DNA from: Eledone cirrhosa
Lineage: Eukaryota
NCBI GenBank assembly: GCA_964016885.1
Contig: OZ024742.1
Location: forward strand, 322,090,001 to 322,154,000
DNA: 64,000 nucleotides
Direction: 5' to 3'
Below are positions 25,739 to 39,570 of the stretch, one piece after another. The translations under genes and the position numbers were made by a program. The notes beneath the pieces were generated by a model, which was given only the letters and a program-made list of their open reading frames with translations, was not told the DNA's origin and made no database searches. The first letter of the stretch is position 1. Each line of letters starts with the position of its first letter.

Positions 25739-26153
25739 CTATATATAGTAATAATGCTTTCTTTATTAACCACAAGGGTTTATATATATAGTAATAATAA
25801 TAAATGTGAAGACTAAAATCCAAAGAGGGCTCGATAATGATAATATATATATCAGAAGATCTTGTTATGGATGAAAGCAGCGATTCTTTGCTTAAACTTT
25901 AATCTGTTATTTTAATAAATATACATATATATATATATAAATGTAAGTCCAAAGAATCATTAGATAAAATATATACAGTATTTCCTCTCCCAATCAGTAT
26001 AAATCAACCACATAAAAAATCATTTAAACGAGGCTATAAGTTTAAAATGTAATTATGAAGAAATAATAGACAAATGATACAGATTCTTTTTCGCGATGTA
26101 CAGCCATATGACACTTATCTAATTATTTCTTCTAGCCTGTAGAAATTGACTAG

Positions 26154-26187
<34 letters not shown>

Positions 26188-26189
<2 letters not shown>

Positions 26190-26540
26190 GGGATAACAAG
26201 TTATCGTTATAGGTAATCCACTTAGAGGTAGTCCAGTTAGAGTACTCCGTGTTGTGGATGGTTTTAACGTGTGGCTTAGTTTGACTCAACAAGACGCTTC
26301 CACAGTGATGCAGCGAGTTCGCGGTAATTTCTATGTAGTTTATACTTGAAGTAATAATAATTAAAGAAAGAAGAGTAACATGGTTGGCTGTACAATAAAG
26401 GCTTTATTCACAGTGCTGACAATTGTTTCGTTGATCTGAGACCTACCAGATCAACGAAACAATTGTCAGTTTATAATGCCCTTATTGTACAGCTGTGAAT
26501 AAAGCCCTTATTGTACAGCCAACCATGTTACTCTTCTTTC

Positions 26541-26549
<9 letters not shown>
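26188..26549 (-). mobile_element. Family D pLTR-like end with fold-back inside HHR stem II
   Basis: About 26355-26440 is inverted at 26448-26549; contains GAAA caattg TC; sister copy at 31679-31926. Confidence 0.7.
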
Positions 26550-26612
<63 letters not shown>

Positions 26613-26653
26613 CGAAACATAAGTCAATTGCATGAACTCATAATCCTGTATTT

Positions 26654-26709
26654 ACTGCTATATATATTTCGATGATAGCCATTGAATGGCTATGACCTCA
26701 TCAGGCAGT
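26654..26709 (-). ncRNA. Type-I hammerhead ribozyme
   Basis: actgc CTGATGA ggtcatagccat-tca-atggctatcatc GAAA tatata TA gcagt. Confidence 0.8.
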
Positions 26710-26774
26710 TAGTCAGTTCTTAGATATGCCAGCTCTGTGTTTATAGTGTTGATGGTATCAGAGCCTTGGGACAT

Positions 26775-26823
<49 letters not shown>

Positions 26824-27132
26824 AAGGTATATATTGAGTTAGAAACTCAAAATAGTTTCTTACAATTAAATAGCTAAAAGAAAGAGGTTTTTCTAAATAT
26901 AAAAGAGAGATAAACACTCATATTAACATACATATATATATAAAACGGAGATCAATATCACCACAGGTACTAAGTACCCCTGGAAATATATAGGGTGTCT
27001 ATGGTACAGTTGTTCTATGGTATCAATTTGACATACCAGAACTATAAAATTGAGATAAGCGTAGCAAGTAAGATTCAAACAAATTTTTTAAATAAATTAA
27101 AAAATATAATTTAAATATTTACCTATTCCATT

Positions 27133-27214
27133 TGCTTTTACCGACGGTTTCACCTCACAAAAGATTGGAAATCCGAGGAACTTCCAATGGAAATGTTCGG
27201 TTCTTCAGAAAGCA
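27133..27214 (-). ncRNA. Type-I hammerhead ribozyme with extended stem II
   Basis: tgcttt CTGAAGA acc...attggaa/ttccaat...ggt GAAA ccgtcgg TA aaagca. Confidence 0.75.
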
Positions 27215-27439
27215 TTTTCCCTACATAGGACGAAAATCCCACGAACGGCAAAATATATTACATTCTGCCAGATAGTGTGGGATCGAATGAGGCTGTAAAC
27301 TTGACCCACACATGAACTAGCCCTTAGTAGAAGCGGAAGTAAACATAGACGTGTTGTCTATCACACTCCTAAAAATAGCAGCTAGGTAAAACAACAGATT
27401 TTTTCTCTACATATAGGAGAATATATAAAAAGGAATATA

Positions 27440-27531
<92 letters not shown>

Positions 27532-27562
27532 ATATATATATATATATTATATATATATATAT

Positions 27563-27664
<102 letters not shown>

Positions 27665-28139
27665 TTTGATTTGTCCAGGTGGATTTTTCTCAACCTGTTA
27701 GTTCTATCGTTACTTTGGTATATTATTGTCTGTTAGATTCGATACGCTGCATTTAGCAGCAACATTTAGCCTATCACCCCTGTTCTGGGTAGAACGAAAA
27801 GCCTGTTGAAAAACTGAATCCTCCGTTCGATCATGAATACCACGAGCTCACCAGTCACGTAAGTCTGATATTTGATTCCGGATTCAAAGAAACACTTTAA
27901 ACGTATAATCGTTTGATTTGTCCAGGTGTATTTTTCTCAACCTGTTAGTTCTATCGTTACTTTGGTATATTATTGTGTGTTAGATTTTGCCTACCACAAT
28001 GTTCGGTTTGTCAATCTACTTAAACGTATGTTATTACTCTAAGGACCTAACTTATCGAGTGCTTTGCTAACTCATTATTTCACATACGTAGGCCGAATTT
28101 GCTTGCAAACCGCCAGAGATTCGATTTTACTAAATTTCC

Positions 28140-28206
<67 letters not shown>

Positions 28207-28211
<5 letters not shown>

Positions 28212-28756
28212 TAAAAAAACGAAAAATCAGTGATGCATCTGGACTCAGTTTATTGCGTGTTACAATTGTTTCGCCGGCAGGTAGCTCGAGACATGATCAC
28301 TGTATGGATCTGGCTGATTCTACGGCTACAGGTTCCATCGGACACATGCAATTCTTACGGAGCAAATTTTCCCACTGGGGTGTTATGGTAAAAAAACACC
28401 TTCAAAAAACATCTTCCATTCTTGCCATGCCAATTGGCTGTTGTTTTTCTACGTCATCATACGTTCTGGTCACTATTTACTGCTAGAATAGTGACCAGAA
28501 CGTATGATGACGTAGAAAAACAACAGCCAATGGCATGGCAAGAATGGAAGATGTTTTTTGAAGGTGTTTTTTTACCATAACACCCCAGTGGGAAAATTTG
28601 CTCCGTAAGAATTGCATGTGTCCGATGGAACCTGTAGCCGTAGAATCAGCCAGATCCATACAGTGATCATGTCTCGAGCTACCTGCCGGCGAAACAATTG
28701 TAACACGCAATAAACTGAGTCCAGATGCATCACTGAATTTTCGTTTTTTTATACTA
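28207..28756. repeat. Fold-back palindrome, about 270-bp arms
   Basis: 28207-28477 vs 28487-28756, 9-nt spacer; right arm has an extra tail to about 28840; contains GAAAcaattgTA. Confidence 0.9.
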
Positions 28757-28838
28757 TTCACACTCTGCTCTGTATGAATATTGAGTGCTTATTTTGGCAA
28801 ACCGCCTATGGAAGCACCATAGCTATCATTATACACAC

Positions 28839-28935
<97 letters not shown>

Positions 28936-28990
28936 ATATTGAACAGCTTAGATCTACACATTCCATGCCTGAATAAAATAAAGACTAGAC

Positions 28991-29136
28991 CAGTCATGGG
29001 CCAACTGCGACCCGTTCGGCTTTCTCAATGGCACGCCTTATTTCATAATTACCTTGCATTTTTTAGTAGTGCGGCCCACCTTATGATGAGCCATATCCTA
29101 TGCGGCCCACTGCTCGATAAAGGCTGCCCGTGCCTG
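28991..29136. mobile_element. hAT-like MITE
   Basis: Imperfect TIRs cagtcatgggc / gcccgtgcctg, internal gcggccc, ctaga on both flanks. Confidence 0.55.
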
Positions 29137-29799
29137 CTAGATGGCCACATATGGAACGCCGTTAATGAGAGATCTGCTCAATTAGAACTGACCTCGGGTT
29201 AAGCAACAATAAGAGTGACTACTACTACTACTACTACTGCTACTACTACTACTACTACTACTACTACCACTATCACTACTACTAATACTACTGCTGCTGT
29301 AAATACAATAATGCTGAGAATAATGTCAACGAGTCCTAGATACACTATCTGATTTAAAAAATAGGATGGTCACGGCTGGAATGCACTTGGTCATAGGTCT
29401 ACTTTATCAGGGGTGACCTGGTGCTAGACAACAAGAAAAGCGACAACATTATCAATGCTGTCAATGAAGCCTGATACCTTATCTGATATAAAGACGGGAT
29501 GGTCAAAACTGGAATGCTTTTCACAATAGGTTAATAGACTTGTTTGAATTAAGATAACGCGTGTTAAACAATACAAACAATATTAATGAGGAAAGATCGG
29601 GGTGGGAGATTCAGCGCATTCGATCGACCTGCTAGAACAAGCAACCAAATGCCCCTCAAATTACACTAAAAAAAATAACATTAAGTTTTACATAGATCAA
29701 AATAATTACAATTTTCAATTGTTTCTTTTTAAACGACGAGGTTTATTGTAAAATATTTAATTTGATAATTCATTGATTCTTCTTATCGTGTCCACGAGC

Positions 29800-30210
29800 G
29801 TGTCAGTTACAAAGCTAGGCTAGATATGATTCCGCTACAGCTGAACACATTGCTGTCCTTTCTCATTAAACTCTGCCAAGTCCAATGCTGTGCAGGGGTG
29901 TTCCAGCAGGAGGTGTTGCGTAGTCTGTGGTTCGATGCCGCAGTCACAGACAACGTCTCCATCCTTTAAATATCCCCGTTTTGCAAGTTTGACTTTTTTA
30001 CGTCCAGCACCAGATCTTGGTCTGTTTAGGCATTTCCACACTGCATAGTTTGTATCTGCTCCAGGGGGCATTGCCTCGCCCGCCTTTAGCGCCATTGTTT
30101 TTACTGATGAGAGGCTGTTAAGTTTTTCTTCCTAGCGAGTGGCTCTTTCACTATTTATGCTTGATGTCCCAAGGGGCGTGACGCTCTTTAGGAATCTTTT
30201 CCTTGATTAC
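29800..30210 (-). pseudogene. RTE/RTEX-like LINE C-terminal fragment
   Basis: PPG....WKCLNR.RSGAGR...L.KRGY....CDCG..PQT.QHLL. Confidence 0.65.
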
Positions 30211-30280
30211 AACATTCTATGTAAAGATGCTTAAATCCTCGATTTTCCTTGACCTTTTTTCTCATGTCCTGTTTATAAAC

Positions 30281-30525
30281 CTGTAGGTTAAAGAAGAGAG
30301 CAAAAGGAAGATGGGAGCACTTGCACAACACGCTCCTGAAGTTGAGGGTTATTCTATCGACGGGGTATTAAACAACACATTTGTAGCGCCTCCCCCCTAT
30401 TGGGGATTTCGATTGTTATAATTGTTTGTTTCAATATTTTTACACGACTGTATGCAAAATCCCCGGCATGTGTCTTTGTATTGTTCCCTTTTCTTGTGCG
30501 CCCTTGTGGCAAATAAAGAAATATA
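30281..30525 (+). mobile_element. Tx1-family 3' UTR fragment (third copy)
   Basis: ctgtaggt..aaagaag...gggagcac...gcccttgtggcaaataaagaaat then tatctatc; matches the 3' UTRs of copies 1 and 2. Confidence 0.7.
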
Positions 30526-31246
30526 TCTATCTATCGATCGATCGATCTATCTATCTTTCTATCTTCGGGCTGTTATTGAGATACACGCTTTATTTTGTTG
30601 TTGTTGTTGTTGTTGTACAAAGTTGGATACTTCGGTAAATATAGATTGCTATAGACAGGCAATTTTGCTTCAGGAGCTCTTTCTGGATACTTTTCCAGTT
30701 AGCTTTGTGGAAGTTTAAACTGGATAGAGAGATTTCTTTCTTTCATTGAGATGTTTAAGTATTTGAGACTAATTAAACTTTAATTAATATTAAACTGCTC
30801 CTTAATTTGTCGAGCTGTACCAGACGGTCTTTGGGCTTCTATTTCTAGTGACATTATAAGTATGTCAAGTTGACTTAATATCCTAGAAGATTTGAGAACG
30901 TAACACTATGCGTGTTTTTATTTCACCATCCTGCTTCGGCAAAGGAAACAGTGTTATATCTTGCTCCATTTCTATTAGACTTGAAGAATTAAACTCCCCT
31001 GAAGAGGATGGCGTATTTTTATATTATTGGTAGTTCCAATAATAATTCTTCCCCATACGAAACCATGGCAGGTAGATCTATATATAAGCGAAGTTACATA
31101 GAATATTTTTTTGTCTATCTTGTTTATACTCCAATAATTAGAGTTTTTTCTCATTTAATTTTAATATAAAATATTGCTTCTCTGAGAGATTTCTTTCTTT
31201 GAGATGTTTAAGTATTAGAGATTAATTAACCTTTAATCAATATATA

Positions 31247-31273
<27 letters not shown>

Positions 31274-31278
<5 letters not shown>

Positions 31279-31459
31279 TTCTACTTTAGGCACAAGGCCA
31301 GCAATTACCCAGTGCATTACTGGTACTTTATTTTATCGACCCCGTAAAGATGAAAGGCAAAGTCAACCTCGGCGGGATTTGAACTCAAATCGTAAAGGGA
31401 CGTAACTATGCTGGAAAGCATGGCTTCCGACCCTCTACCGATACTGCCAATCCACCGCC
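31274..31459 (-). mobile_element. tRNA-derived SINE
   Basis: Reverse complement of the consensus. Confidence 0.85.
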
Positions 31460-31590
31460 CTATATATTATAATAATAATAATAATAAATGTGAAGACTAA
31501 AATCCAAAGAGGGCTCGATAAGGATAAATATATATCAAATATATAAGAACCATAGAGCAAATATTTATTAAAATAACAGATTAAAATAAC

Positions 31591-31641
31591 AGTTTCAGAA
31601 GATCGCGTTAAGGGTGAAAGCAGTGATTCTATGCTTAAACT
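31591..31641 (+). ncRNA. Family E hammerhead-like motif
   Basis: agttt CAGAAGA ... GAAA gcag..tgc TT aaact, preceded by an inverted copy of its own tail (31564-31585). Confidence 0.5.
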
Positions 31642-31678
31642 TTAATCTGTTATTTTAATAATTATATATATATATATA

Positions 31679-32052
<374 letters not shown>

Positions 32053-32302
32053 GAAGTAGTTCCACAACAGTTAGTTCACGATACCGAGAACAAATGTACG
32101 GTTTTGTATCTGTACATGTATATTGGCATCTGCTGGCATGTAACTTTCACTATTGTGCATGCCATCTTTTCCCTGTCCCATATCATTATATCTGGTCTGT
32201 CAGACAGATAGAGAGAAGGAATGATGGAGAGGGCGGATGGAGTGTAATGAGTTGGGTCATATAGATGTAAAGACATACAGATGAAAGAATGGTATTTAAC
32301 TA

Positions 32303-34651
32303 ATGTATTGGTACGCGATGGGGCCCATCCACAGCCCCGGCGGACGGAATGGAGAAGGCGTTTCCCCGGCGGACGGCAGCCACCCACTTCTGATGCCGCT
32401 CGGTGCCCCAGTCCCCGGCCCCACGCCCCATCCCCCACCCCTCCAAATCGACACTTGCAGCACTTGCGGCACCACTAACAAACGGAAGAGGGGCCGGAAC
32501 TGTTTCGGGTGCGGCTGCTTCCACCACCTCACCTGCCTTGGCTTGACTCGTCGAGCTTCCAATGCCCTCGCAGCGTGGAGGTGCAGGAGCTGCCTCTTCC
32601 CCACGTCTTCCCAGCCACGGCCGTCTGGCACACCACCAGATGGGACAGCGAGCTTGCCTGACGCCCGACCCTCGCTGGTCAACATCACTCGGCTCAGGCG
32701 GCTCCGGAAGATCCCGCTCAGGATCCCGAGAGCGGCACGGGTGCCGGTAGCCGATGCCCTCGCTTCCTCGATTGAGAGCGTACTGGACTCGAATCGAGCC
32801 AGTGACTGGTAGCGGCTGTTCTATTTCGCCCGACTCGCTCTCGGCCTGTCCAGCTCTGGCGCTGACCGGGGCGGCGGGTCAACAGCAGCCTTCGTCAAGG
32901 CCAATGTCTCGTCATTTGGGCGAGCGCCCATTCCAAGCGTGCTCAGGGACGCCACACACCCTACCCTCAGGTACCCCCTATCGTCCACCCCCGAGGCCAG
33001 CGCCAAGCATTTGCGTGACCAGGTAAACGAAAAGCTTATCATGGGTTATGTCTCGGCCGCAGTCAGAGTTGTTGCCTCAGAGGTCACTGTCCTCCAACCC
33101 ACCGAGGAGATCCTGGCTGTTCTGCGGCTCAAACACCCTGAGCCACCCACTGATCTCAGATCCATACCCCCACCCGACCCCCACCTGCTCCTTGTGGCTA
33201 CTGATGCAGATATCATGTCCGCCATCAGGTCCTTCCCAGCTAGCAGCTGCGGAGGTGTTGATGGTCTCCGATCAGGCCATCTCAAGGAGTTGACATCCCT
33301 CCTCTCCGCTGAGGCCGGGAGCCGCCTTCTGAATGCAATTGTGGCGCTCACCAATAGGCTCATTCATTGTGCCCTCGACCCTTACGCCCGAGGCCTCTTT
33401 TTTTCGGCCAGCCTCACCGCTCTCAGGAAGAAAGAGGGTGGCATACGCCCCATTGCTGTGAGCAATGTCTTCCGGAGGCTGGCTGCCAAGGTGATATGCA
33501 AGTCCGTCACACACGAACTGGGTGAGGAGTTTAGTCCGGTGCAACTGGGTGTCGGCGTGTCCGGTGGTTGTGAGAGAGCCTCTCATGCAATCAGGCAGTT
33601 CTTCAACAGCTGCCCATCGGTACCGGCATCCAGGGACTCCAGGCACCTTATTGTCAAACTTGACATGAGGAATGCCTTTAACTCTTTACGCTGGGATCAT
33701 CTGCTCGAGGCCTGCCTCAGCCGAGCCCCCTCTGCCTACCCGCTGGCCTACCTGTCATATGGAGCCCCGAGCATGCTCTTAGCTGCTGATACGGTCATAC
33801 CCTAGGCTACTGGGGTCCAACAGGGCGTGTTCAGAGAACGTGAGGCCGCCTGTGAGACGTGGGACCGGCTGGGACTTAGCCCGGTAGACGTCCCTCCTCC
33901 TTCTCCCCCTGTTAACGTCAAGTCCCCCCAACGCACTTGGGATGCCATCCAGTGCAGCCTGGCCTCAGACAGGCTCACGCGCCAGCTCAACCAGCACAGC
34001 CTTGCTTGTTTTCGTGCGGCTTCCAAACCCCACAGTGGTGCCTGGCTCCATGCTCTGCCCTCCTTCTCCACTGGCATGCAGCTAGACAACCATAGCCTGC
34101 GCATCAGCGTTTCCCTGAGGCTTGGCCTCCGGATCTGCCAGCCACACCAATGTCGCTGCGGTTCCACCGTGGACTCTTTCGGCCTCCACCCGCTTTCCTG
34201 TCGCCACAGTGCCGGCCGCATTCCACGCCATACTGCCCTCAACGAGGTCATTAAGCATGGCTTGGACGCTGCAGGTTTCCCTTCCCAGCTCAAGCCGGTG
34301 GGGCTGGATCGAGGGGACGGCAAAAGGCCAGATGGCATGACCATCTTCCCGTTCCGCGGTGGCATACCCCTCGTCTGGGATGCCTCTTGCACCGACACTT
34401 TCTGCAGCCGCAACCTGGTGCAGTCTGCGACTGACCCAGGTTCTGCTGCACATCGGGCTGAGAGGGCCAAACTCCTCAAATACCGGTCGCTCTCCGACAG
34501 GTTTGCGGTCGTTCCCCTGGCAGTTGAAACTTCTGGTGTCCTCGGCCCCAGGGCTACCTCCTTACTCACCACCATAGGCGCGGAATGTACGGTTGTTTTT
34601 CCTTTTCCGTACATCTTCACTGTGACCGAGCTGATGATCCGCATAAGATGA
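32303..34651 (+). pseudogene. CRE-like non-LTR retrotransposon ORF: PHD finger, RT (internally deleted), zinc knuckle and RLE endonuclease
   Basis: One frame with 2 TAG stops. PHD CSTC..CFGC..HLTC..WRCRSC; RT KKEGGIRPIAV, QLGVGVSGGCE, KLDMRNAFNS, GVQQG; RLE CRCG..HPLSC, RH, GKRPDG, LVWD, K..KY, PLAVET. Confidence 0.88.
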
Positions 34652-34676
34652 AACATTTGTTCTCGGTATGGTGAAG
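34615..34676 (+). ncRNA. Type-I hammerhead with about 15-bp stem I and weak stem II
   Basis: cttcactgtgaccgag CTGATGA tccgcataagat GAAA c-attt-g TT ctcggtatggtgaag. Confidence 0.65.
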
Positions 34677-35020
34677 TAACTGTTGTGGAACTACTTCTAC
34701 CAAACTCGTCCCACGGACTGAGTGCTCTACTACTAAGGATATAATCCTCCAGTGTTCTACTAGTATATGTATACCGACTATGTCTGACATATCATTAAAA
34801 TGACGGGATGGTCTCGTCATGAATGCCTTTGATGATAGATCTACTCGGTTTAACCTGGGGTTAAACAATAACGGAATGTATTCACTGTTTAGGTATCTAA
34901 CCTCATTCCTTTACCCCTTTTCCTTGTGAATTACCTTGTGTAGGCAGTTCATCTTCCTTGAACGTGGTCAATTACCACAATTAAGGGTGAAAGCAGCGCT
35001 TCTTTGCTTAAACTTATATA

Positions 35021-35056
<36 letters not shown>

Positions 35057-35206
35057 CATATATATATGGTGGCTGCCAACTCGTTTTCGAGTACGGCCAC
35101 TACTTTATATCCATGCAGGAGAACCCCCACCGACGCGCTGAACGAATGTGACCCTTTAGTCCAGCCAGTGACTTGAAAACTCTGGTACATATATATATAC
35201 ATACAT

Positions 35207-35267
<61 letters not shown>

Positions 35268-35271
<4 letters not shown>

Positions 35272-35396
35272 TTTAAGCAAAGAATCGCTGCTTTCACCCT
35301 TAATGGGATCTTCTGAAACTTCTAAGTTTCAGAAGATCCTGTTAAGGGCGAAAGCAGCGATTCTTTGCTTAAACTTTAATCTGTTATTTTAATAAA
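35268..35396. mobile_element. Family E fold-back: two back-to-back HHR-like motifs
   Basis: 35270-35320 (-) and 35325-35375 (+) with a 4-nt spacer; tail ttaatctgttattttaataaa. Confidence 0.7.
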
Positions 35397-35469
35397 CACA
35401 CGCGCACACAACACACACACACACACACACTCAGACACACACACATATATATATATACATACATATATG

Positions 35470-35590
35470 AAGGCGTGTGGCTGAGTGGTTAGATAATTGG
35501 GTTCACAATCTTGAGGTTGTGAGTTCGATTCCTGGCCCGCGCGATGCGTTATGTCCTTGAGCAAGACACTTTATTTCACGTTGCTCCTTC
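35470..35590 (+). mobile_element. Second tRNA-derived SINE family
   Basis: TGGCTGAGTGG A-box, GTTCGATTCC B-box, gtccttgagcaagacactt core. Confidence 0.7.
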
Positions 35591-35757
35591 TACCTGGAGA
35601 TGCGACCGATAGATAGTAGTAGCAACTGGAAAGACCAACGGAAACATTGTTTCCTCGGTCCGATTTGACGAAAGTCGATCGATCCTTTTGTTTTTATATA
35701 CATATTATAACTATGTTGAGAGTAACGTTTATGTTTCGCCAATGGTCACTCTAATCC

Positions 35758-35789
<32 letters not shown>

Positions 35790-36357
35790 ATTTATTTATA
35801 TCAATAAATAATCTCACCTATGACGTGATTATCAAGCTATTTCTAGGTATCTCAGAGGGTGTGTCACGGTCGGATCATTCAAGTACAATACAGTTCATCT
35901 GACTGACAGATTTCCTCAGAATTTCCGTATACACATAACTCCTCTAAGATTAATTAATTAACATGTGTGAAATTCCTTAGAGTTGAGACTAGTATGTGGT
36001 GATAGGAACACACCCACCCATTGTTAGAATCGAAAATGTGGTAATTGATCAATCGACATATCACGTTCAAGGAACATGAACCGCCTACACTGCCGCACAA
36101 GGTAATTCACAAGGAAAAAGGAATGAGGTTAGATACCTAAACAGTAAATACATTGTTATTGTTTAACCCCAGGTTAAACCGAGTAGATCTATAATCAAAG
36201 GCATTCATGACGAGACCATCCCGTCATTTTAATATGTAAGACATAGTCGGTATTCGTTCCGGTTCTCTGTGCTCTCTGAGTTAAAATCCCGCCGAGATTA
36301 GCTTTCGAGGTCTATAAAACTAAATACGAGTCCAGTACTGGGGTTTGCCCTTTTCTC

Positions 36358-36452
<95 letters not shown>

Positions 36453-36575
36453 CATATATTTGCCGAAAATATGTAAGTGACATAGTCACTACTTTAAAAC
36501 TCTCATAGCGAATGGTCTTCAAAATGTTTTTAATTAAACATACAGTATATTGCCAAATATACTATACATACATTC

Positions 36576-36631
<56 letters not shown>

Positions 36632-36874
36632 TAGTAAAAAGGAAAAGAAAATGCTGACAAATTTTTCCCAGTGAAAAATAGTTTAATTAAGTATAAGTAT
36701 AAATTAGTAATAAGTATTGGTTAGTATTCAGTTTTAGTTTTAAGTTTTTACCGGTTGCGCATTTCTAATACTTTTCAAAAATAATTTTGAGATAGAGCGC
36801 TCGTGATGTTTGCTCTAATATATATGTGTAGGAAATCAGCTGTTTAGATCCGGAAGGGGGATGAAATTCAAACC

Positions 36875-37285
36875 GATCTTACGTGACCAGGCCACTGAAA
36901 TATATTCAGTGTTTTTTTACAACAATAAAACTTTAAGGGAACATCACCAGTCCGGCCTCCTGTTATTTTAATCAAACCAATATCTAATTCCGTTCCTGTA
37001 CAAACCACATGATTCAACATCAACAACGGATGAGTTGTGTAACGTAGAGTGCTTTTCCTCCTAATACATTATGGTTAACTAAACGGAATGACCATGATGT
37101 AATAGTAGGAAAAGCATTTTACGTTATGCAATTCATCGCTCGTTGATATTGAATCATGTGGTTTGTGCAGGAACGGAGTTAAATATTGGTTTGATTAAAA
37201 TAAGAGGAGGCCGGACTGGTGATGTTCCTTCAAAGTTTTATTGTTGCAAAAAAACACTATTTTAATGGCCTGGTTACGTAAGATC
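36875..37285. repeat. Older diverged inverted repeat, about 145-bp arms
   Basis: 36875-37024 vs 37142-37285; about 11 mismatches, mostly transitions, plus one indel. Confidence 0.85.
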
Positions 37286-37551
37286 CTGGCGACAATATGT
37301 ATATATATATATATATGTGTGTGTATATATATATACACACACATATATATATATATGGGGGGGGGATCTGTGTGTGTGTGTGTCTGTCTGTCTGTGTATG
37401 TGTGTGCGTGTGTGTATTCTTTATTATGGCTAAGTGGTGAGTCTTGTTATTCTGGAGTTTCAACTCCAGAGTATCAAAACTCACTTCTTAGCCATGTAAA
37501 TTCTATTTCGGTATTGAGTACTCTTTCTCACGCCACCCGTCAATATCACAT

Positions 37552-37606
<55 letters not shown>

Positions 37607-38607
37607 AGTGTACCATTGATTAGATTATCCACTGTATCTTTCTTTTATTGGTTTGAAGAGTGGTTTGAAGAAAATGTGGCTGATATTTCTAGGCAATTAG
37701 ACATCAGTGTAGGAGCTTCGTCTTTGATAAGTGATGAAATGTGAAAGTCGTCAGTGTGTCGGAAGAAATTACGTACGGTATATAGGCCGACTTACTGCAT
37801 TCTGAGTTTAAATCTCGCTAAGGTCGAGTTTACCTCTCATCCTTACGACGTCAATCATTTTTTAAAAATCAACCTAGAGCAGTGAAATGGCGGAATAGTT
37901 AAAGTATCGAACATCTTTGCGTTCTGGGTTCAAATCTTGCTATGGCCTACTCGGGCAGTAAACTTAATCTTGTGTAATATACATAATCTTGAGTGATAGA
38001 CTTAGCTTTGAGTCATAACTTAACCTTGAGTGGTAGACAATTGTGTGTATTTGATTCAATCTTAACAGCAAAACCCAACTCTTTAATGTCCTTTAATCTG
38101 TTGCAAACATTCGAGTCGAGTCTCTAATTCGTGGATACTTTCCTCTTTCCCTCCAGCCTGCTTTGTAGGACCTGAAACAAAAGAGCCATAGCCATTGCCA
38201 TGTCCTATTCGATACTTCTGAGAAAAGTACAATATTATCTCTTTGACTGCGATGAGAGATTTTAAGGAAATGCAGATTGTCCAACGTGGAATTTGAACTA
38301 CGAAATCGTTGGTTCTGTTAATCTGTAATTGTTCTCAAACCTTTTTCTTCATATTCCTTATGAAAGATATTCTGTATTACTTTCAAATCATTTTGAAAAT
38401 AATCAAGAATTTGGAAGGATTTTCTAATATAACTAACTTTCTTAGTAATAAGTTGGTGTTTGGAATATAACTTAAATGTTCTAATATAAAATTATAATGA
38501 AAAAGTTTTAGAAAATTAGAAACACTGTAGTCCATTTATTTCCATATTTCTAATGAAAGACACTGCATTTCTGATTTTGAAAATCATCTAGAATTTATAG
38601 GTATTTA

Positions 38608-38791
38608 ATAATTGTTTCTACTTTTGGCACAAGGCCAGCAATTACGCCAGTGCATTACTGGTGCTTTATTTTATCGATCCCGTAAGGATGAAAGCAAAGT
38701 TAACCACGGTGGGATTTGAACTCAGACCGTAAAGGGTCGTAACTCTATGCTGCAGAGCATGGTGTCTGACGCTCTACCAATACTGCCAATT
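38608..38791 (-). mobile_element. tRNA-derived SINE
   Basis: Reverse complement of the consensus. Confidence 0.8.
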
Positions 38792-39570
38792 CACCTTAAT
38801 AATATAATTAAATTCTTCATTATAAAGCTAGTTTTTGGAATACAACAAACATTCACATAAAAATATTACGAAGGAAGGGTTTTAGATAAATTAAATTCTC
38901 TAAACCAAAAGGTTTTGTATCATAGAACCAATGGCAGTTTCCGGCGAAAAGATTGAGGTGTGTGGCACATATCTTAACAAAAAAAATATATATGGCATTT
39001 GGAACATAACTTAACAAAGGTTCTCATATAAAATTATGGAGGAAGCTTTTAGATAAATCTAAACACTTTAAGATAAAGAGTTTTTAAGCGGTTTAGTATC
39101 AAAGGGGTCAAAGTCATTAACTTATTTAATTTATGTTGTCTCTATTTATTTATTTTCCTTTTCTTTTTTTTTTCCTATTCTACTCTATTTTTAGCTTTGA
39201 TTTCTGCTACATCATTATTATATTCTCTCCTCAATTTATGTAATTAATTTTGCTGTGTTAATTGTTCCCTATGACGTCACTGAAACTGTTTATCTGCACG
39301 CGTCGTGAGTGAAAGCACGTAAATAGCTTTACAAGGGGCTTGTCTGCCATACGAATTCGGCCAATCTCTTTAATTTCAAATGAGACCTCCAAGATTAATT
39401 AGGGAGGGTAAAACATAGAGGGAAGTGAAAATGTAGGCAGTAAAACAAACAATTAATAAACTCGTCAGTCAGAGTTCAAATCCTGACAGCATTGATTCTG
39501 CTATCTTTACCCCCCAGGGGTGTCAATAAATCAATAACCAGTAATACAAAGGCAGTGACATTATCTGACT

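Noticed and set aside
30600-31200. Possible CR1/L2 LINE relic (minus strand LNFHKANW)
   Set aside because: One short motif only; too degraded to call.
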